Source: Gaiellales bacterium (GTDB taxonomy: Bacteria > Actinomycetota > Thermoleophilia > Gaiellales > Gaiellaceae). From it: DNA of 64,000 nt. The stretch lies in contig JBBRZA010000002.1 in assembly GCA_038237145.1 (NCBI GenBank), positions 7,202 through 71,201 of the forward strand, written 5' to 3'. A model generated the notes under the pieces. That model did not search any database and was not told the DNA's origin. It saw only the letters and a program-made list of their open reading frames with translations. Position numbers and translations under genes: made by a program. Positions 62,097 through 64,000 of this stretch are shown here, piece after piece (the first letter of the stretch is position 1; each line of letters starts with the position of its first letter).

Positions 62097-62968
62097 TCTC
62101 AGTCCTCATCCCTGTCAAGGACGGCGGCTCCGACCTGATCCGCTGCCTGCAGGCGATTGCAGCGCAGACGGTCGAGCAAGAGGTCGAGGTGGTCGTGGTG
62201 GACTCCGGGTCGAGCGACGGGAGCGCGGACAACGCGCGCAAGCTGGGCGCGACGGTGCACGAGATTCCGGCGAGCGCGTTCGTCCACGGCGCGACGCGAA
62301 ATCTTGCAGCACGGCTCTCCAGTGGCGACGTGCTCGTGTTTACGACGCAGGACGCGGTGCCCGCGACCGACCACTGGCTCGCCTGGCTCGTCGCGGCGCT
62401 CGAGGGCGACGGCGTCGTCGGTGCGTACGGGCGTCAGCTCCCGCACGAGGACGCGACTCCACCAGAGCAGTTCTTCCTCGACTTCATGTACGGAACCTCT
62501 CCTCGAACTCAGCGTCTCGACGGCATCGAGGAGCTCAGCTTCGAGCAGACGCTCTTCTCCAACGTCAACTCGGCGATCCCGCGCAGCGTCTGGGAGGCGA
62601 ACCCGTTCCGCGACGACGTGACGATGAGCGAGGACCAGGAGTGGTCGCGCCGGATGCTCCTGGCCGGGCACACGATCGTCTACGAGCCCGCTGCGGCGGT
62701 CCGGCATTCCCACGCATACACGCTGCGCGGCGCATTCCGGCGGTTCTACGACTCGGGCGCATCGGCCGGGCGCTCGTATGTCGCGGGTGAGGAATCTCGC
62801 GCCGCGCTTCGGCGCGCGTTCAAACGCTATGCGGTCGGCGAGCTCCGGTGGCTCTGGCGCACGGGCCGGCGGCGCTGGATTCCGTACGCCGCCGTCTACG
62901 AGCTGGCCAAGCTGACCGGGCTCCAGCTCGGTCTGCGCAAGAAGAGCGTTACGAAGTCCGGCGTCTGA
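62093..62968 (+). CDS. GT2 glycosyltransferase
   Basis: GTG 62093 in a GTGA overlap. ISVLIPVKDGG, VVVDSGSSDGS, FTTQDA, SEDQEW. Confidence 0.8.
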   Translation: MISVLIPVKDGGSDLIRCLQAIAAQTVEQEVEVVVVDSGSSDGSADNARKLGATVHEIPASAFVHGATRNLAARLSSGDVLVFTTQDAVPATDHWLAWLVAALEGDGVVGAYGRQLPHEDATPPEQFFLDFMYGTSPRTQRLDGIEELSFEQTLFSNVNSAIPRSVWEANPFRDDVTMSEDQEWSRRMLLAGHTIVYEPAAAVRHSHAYTLRGAFRRFYDSGASAGRSYVAGEESRAALRRAFKRYAVGELRWLWRTGRRRWIPYAAVYELAKLTGLQLGLRKKSVTKSGV

Positions 62969-63974
62969 GCAGACGCTCGACCAGGCGTTGAGCGCGCGCG
63001 CCGACCTGCGCTTCCAGCGTCTGCACACGACGCTCGAGATCGTCCACCTGGCGACGGACACGGACGTCATCGGCCTGTGAGACGACGGCCGCTTCGACCG
63101 CGAACAGCGCATCGTCCACGACGGACGGACGCGGGAAGACCAAGGTCTCGCGGCGAAACTCCGCTCCCTCGGGAAGCGGGGTAGTGCCCGCGAGCGTGCG
63201 AAGCGCGTCACGCAGCCGCGTGTCTTCGACGAGCAGGTTCTCCGCCAGGCCGCGCTGGAGCTCGGCGTCGTCGACGACCAGCGGATCCGCTGCGGCGTCG
63301 AGCCGGTCCTCGTCAGGGACGAAGCGCAGGCCGCGGCGGGCGCCACCGGCGTACTTCGTCTCGACCTGAGCACGCGAGCGCAGCGGCAGGTGGAAGACCT
63401 CCAGTGGATGCCAGCCGTGAAGCGTCACGAGCGGCGCGCCCTCGACGTCGTGATTCCCGTCTCGCACCCGTATTCCAGGGTGGGCACGATGCGTCGCCTT
63501 GCGCGCAGGGCGGAATGGATTCGTCGGATCGTTGATGGCCGCCTGCATCGACAAGCGCACGGTCATCCGCTCGGCGAAGTGCGAGCCGTCGTCCGGGCGG
63601 GCGACGAACGGCCGCCAGACACCGTGCACGACTCCGTAGCGCTCCGGTAGCCGCTCGAGGACCTCCTTCAGGTTTTCGGCACGCGGCCACCAGAACTCGT
63701 CGGCGTCCGCATTGATCACCCAGCCGGCACCACGCTCAGCCGCAAGTCTCGCCATGCGGGTCACCCATTCCCCCTGGCGAAAGTCGGTGCTCGGCTCGCG
63801 GATGAGATGCAACACTCCTGTTTGCTCGTAGCGCTCGAGGACCCCGAGCGTCCCGTCGGTCGACCCGTTGTCGGTCGCGACGATGAAGTCGACGCCTGCC
63901 CCGAGGTGGTACGCGATGTTGGCCTCTATCACGTCGACCTCGTTCTTGGCGAGGAGCGTCAGGGCCAGTTTCAT
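62949..63974 (-). CDS. GT2-like glycosyltransferase (Glyco_tranf_2_4-type) with C-terminal coiled-coil
   Basis: LTLLAKNEVDVIEANIAYHLGAGVDFIVATDNGSTDGT, INADADEFW. C-terminal RRQVDDLERRVQTLEAQV. ATG 63974 is preceded by TAGGCT-N6. Confidence 0.7.
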   Translation of the reverse strand: MKLALTLLAKNEVDVIEANIAYHLGAGVDFIVATDNGSTDGTLGVLERYEQTGVLHLIREPSTDFRQGEWVTRMARLAAERGAGWVINADADEFWWPRAENLKEVLERLPERYGVVHGVWRPFVARPDDGSHFAERMTVRLSMQAAINDPTNPFRPARKATHRAHPGIRVRDGNHDVEGAPLVTLHGWHPLEVFHLPLRSRAQVETKYAGGARRGLRFVPDEDRLDAAADPLVVDDAELQRGLAENLLVEDTRLRDALRTLAGTTPLPEGAEFRRETLVFPRPSVVDDALFAVEAAVVSQADDVRVRRQVDDLERRVQTLEAQVGARAQRLVERLLRRRTS

Positions 63975-63980
63975 CCTGCA

Positions 63981-63986
63981 AGCCTA
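63981..63986 (-). promoter_or_regulatory. -10-like hexamer TAGGCT, 6 nt upstream of ATG 63974
   Basis: Minus strand reads TAGGCT TGCAGG ATG. Confidence 0.4.
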
Positions 63987-64000
63987 GACTGAGGCAAATG

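Noticed and set aside
62099-63373. 424-aa minus-strand ORF spanning the 62093-62968 GT2 and part of the 62949-63974 gene
   Set aside because: Shadow composition. It would require ignoring two ORFs with clear GT2 motifs.
1-64000. Search for CRISPR arrays, tRNA/rRNA genes, transposases, integrases, phage genes, toxin-antitoxin or defence systems
   Set aside because: I saw no repeat-spacer arrays, no tRNA-like or rRNA-like segments, and no ORFs with recombinase, nuclease or defence signatures. Apart from the 13341-13472 repeats, the window is gene-dense glycan biosynthesis throughout.

Overview
Very GC-rich, actinobacterial-style DNA (organism assignment is inference only). The whole 64-kb window is one continuous cell-surface glycan or glycoconjugate biosynthesis locus. 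I call about 55 tightly packed protein genes. I found no rRNA, tRNA, CRISPR array, transposase or integrase. Many long ORFs in the track are Arg/Pro/Ala-rich off-frame or antisense shadows of the real genes and were discarded. Many track ORFs also carry false N-terminal extensions, so I re-set starts using 4-nt ATGA/GTGA/TTGA stop-start overlaps with the upstream gene and N-terminal motifs. Content: (1) about 28 glycosyltransferase modules: 14 GT4/GT1-fold, 8 GT2 (4 of them GtrB/ArnC-like with C-terminal TM helices), 5 GT-C-like polytopic proteins, and 1 initiating polyprenyl-phosphate sugar-phosphate transferase. (2) Two export/assembly systems side by side: Wzx flippase, Wzy/O-antigen-ligase-like protein and Wzz-like chain-length protein, plus an ABC exporter (Wzt with a C-terminal glycan-binding-type extension, and a Wzm permease fused to a roughly 590-aa GT-C-like domain). 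(3) A complete GDP-D-glycero-alpha-D-manno-heptose pathway (GmhA, GHMP kinase HddA, GmhB, HddC) with a translationally coupled transaldolase, plus a Gmd-like/Fcl pair and further SDR enzymes. (4) UDP-xylose synthase, an AsnB-type amidotransferase, an ATP-grasp enzyme, a GNAT, a CE4 deacetylase, a PhyH-type dioxygenase and four class I methyltransferases. (5) Two paralogous secreted Ig-like (He_PIG-type) repeat proteins next to the ABC exporter. (6) A secreted clan GH-A hydrolase plus a paralog broken by two 1-nt frameshifts. Non-coding signals: 11 operon-first genes have a TA[G/C]NNT hexamer 6-8 nt upstream of the start codon, suggesting leaderless transcripts. There is a pair of related GGGAAAC palindromes with an Arg-rich uORF, a GT4 3'-end relic next to a triple repeat, and several convergent gene pairs with overlapping 3' ends and no terminators.
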